The notes under the pieces were generated by a model. The model did no database searches, was not told the DNA's origin, and saw only the letters and a program-made list of their open reading frames with translations. A program made the translations under genes and the position numbers. A stretch of 64,000 bases of DNA from positions 27,218,001-27,282,000 of the forward strand of contig OX597818.1 of assembly GCA_951406725.2 (NCBI GenBank). Reading direction: 5' to 3'. This document shows positions 62,900 through 64,000 of the stretch, piece after piece (position 1 is the first letter of the stretch; the number at the start of each line of letters is the position of its first letter). Source of the stretch: Octopus vulgaris (lineage: Eukaryota).

Positions 62900-63865
62900 T
62901 GGATTGGTTGTATTCCATCTACTTAGAAGGCTGTAATATCATTTGACAGGAACAAGGTATAAAGAAATACATGGAACAAGGTGGTAACTTTAAATGTCTT
63001 TAATGCTGGCCACCTGTATATATACGAGCTGAATAATAAATGGAAATAGTTGAACATTTATTCATATTTCTACATGTATCTGCATGGGCTGTATATTTGC
63101 TATTAACTATTGCTCATGAATAACAATATGTTAGAACCAGTGCAGTATTGCTGGTGCTGTGAAAAGGCAGACAATGGTCACTTCATGTAAAGATAGTTCG
63201 AAGGAGATGAGATGGCAGCTGAGTAAGAGTAGAAATTACAGCAGCGCTTGCTGTGTCTGATGCAATTCAACCAGCCGCAGCTGTGCATCAGAGATAGAGG
63301 GAGCGAGGAGAGATACTATAATGTAAGTGCAGTTCAGTGCCGTAAAATGAACCAGAGTGGAGCTGGTGAAATGAGTTGGCATCATGGGGCTGTAAAAACT
63401 CAGTAAATCAATATGAAAAGATGGAGGAAAAAGGTCCACAACGGTTGCATCATTGATAAAAATCGGCAGACTCTCTTCTTTCGTTGGCGGGTGAGTCTTC
63501 TTACGTCGGATGGGTCTCCTTTTTAGATGTGTGTTCCACGTTAGGTCAGCATTATAGAAGGAATTGTAGTGCTGCATCGGGTCACCATTTTACTTGGATA
63601 GGTTGTATTCCATCTAATGTGACCCTACTCAGAAGGCTGTAATATCATTTGACAGGAACAAGGTATAAAGAAATACATGGAACAAGGTGGCAACTTTAAA
63701 TGTCTTTAATGCTGGCCACATGTATATATACAAGCTGAATGATAAATGGAAATGGTTGAACATTTATTCATATTTCTACATGCATCTGTGTGGCTTGTAT
63801 GTTTGCTATTAACCATGGTGAGGTAGCTCATGAACAGCAATATGTTAGAACCAATGCAGTGTTGT
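62900..63865. repeat. Pair of ~250-bp diverged direct repeats (62900-63150 and 63595-63865)
   Basis: GGTTGTATTCCATCTA..AGAAGGCTGTAATATCATTTGACAGGAACAAGG...GTTAGAACCA.TGCAGT occurs twice, ~700 bp apart. Confidence 0.85.
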
Positions 63866-64000
63866 CAGTACTATGTAGAGATGTTGACAACGTTGGTGAG
63901 AGACATGATGGTGGCAGCGAAGATGGAGGTCGCCGTAATGTGGTAAGTGGTTAGACCTTAGATGGTCTGGAACCAACAGACCCTGAAACTAAGAGGAGGT

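Overview
AT-rich eukaryotic DNA dominated by transposons. The SINE and RTE-tail repeat families and the long (TA)n and (TACA)n tracts look like an octopod cephalopod genome; this assignment is recognition from memory and was not searched. There are no intact genes apart from a probable promoter with a non-coding first exon (~31.3-31.5 kb) and a signal-peptide exon (48548-48672), possibly nucleobindin-like. The rest is decayed Ty3/Gypsy, Penelope-like, CR1/L2, RTE, mariner, piggyBac-MITE and Helitron elements plus SINEs. Highlights: (1) a sequence-identical 534-bp tandem/inverted array (24349-26127) carrying three intact type I hammerhead ribozymes, which is retrozyme or Penelope pLTR architecture and predicts a 534-nt circularisable RNA; several decayed hammerhead relics lie at other (TA)n tracts. 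(2) A 2.3-kb internally deleted LTR element (5647-7991) whose primer-binding site matches nt 1-12 (the 5' end) of tRNA-Phe instead of a tRNA 3' end, and which retains a GGGAAAC + pseudoknot -1 frameshift signal. (3) A related LTR (30182-30469) that folds back on itself through 91-bp inverted arms.
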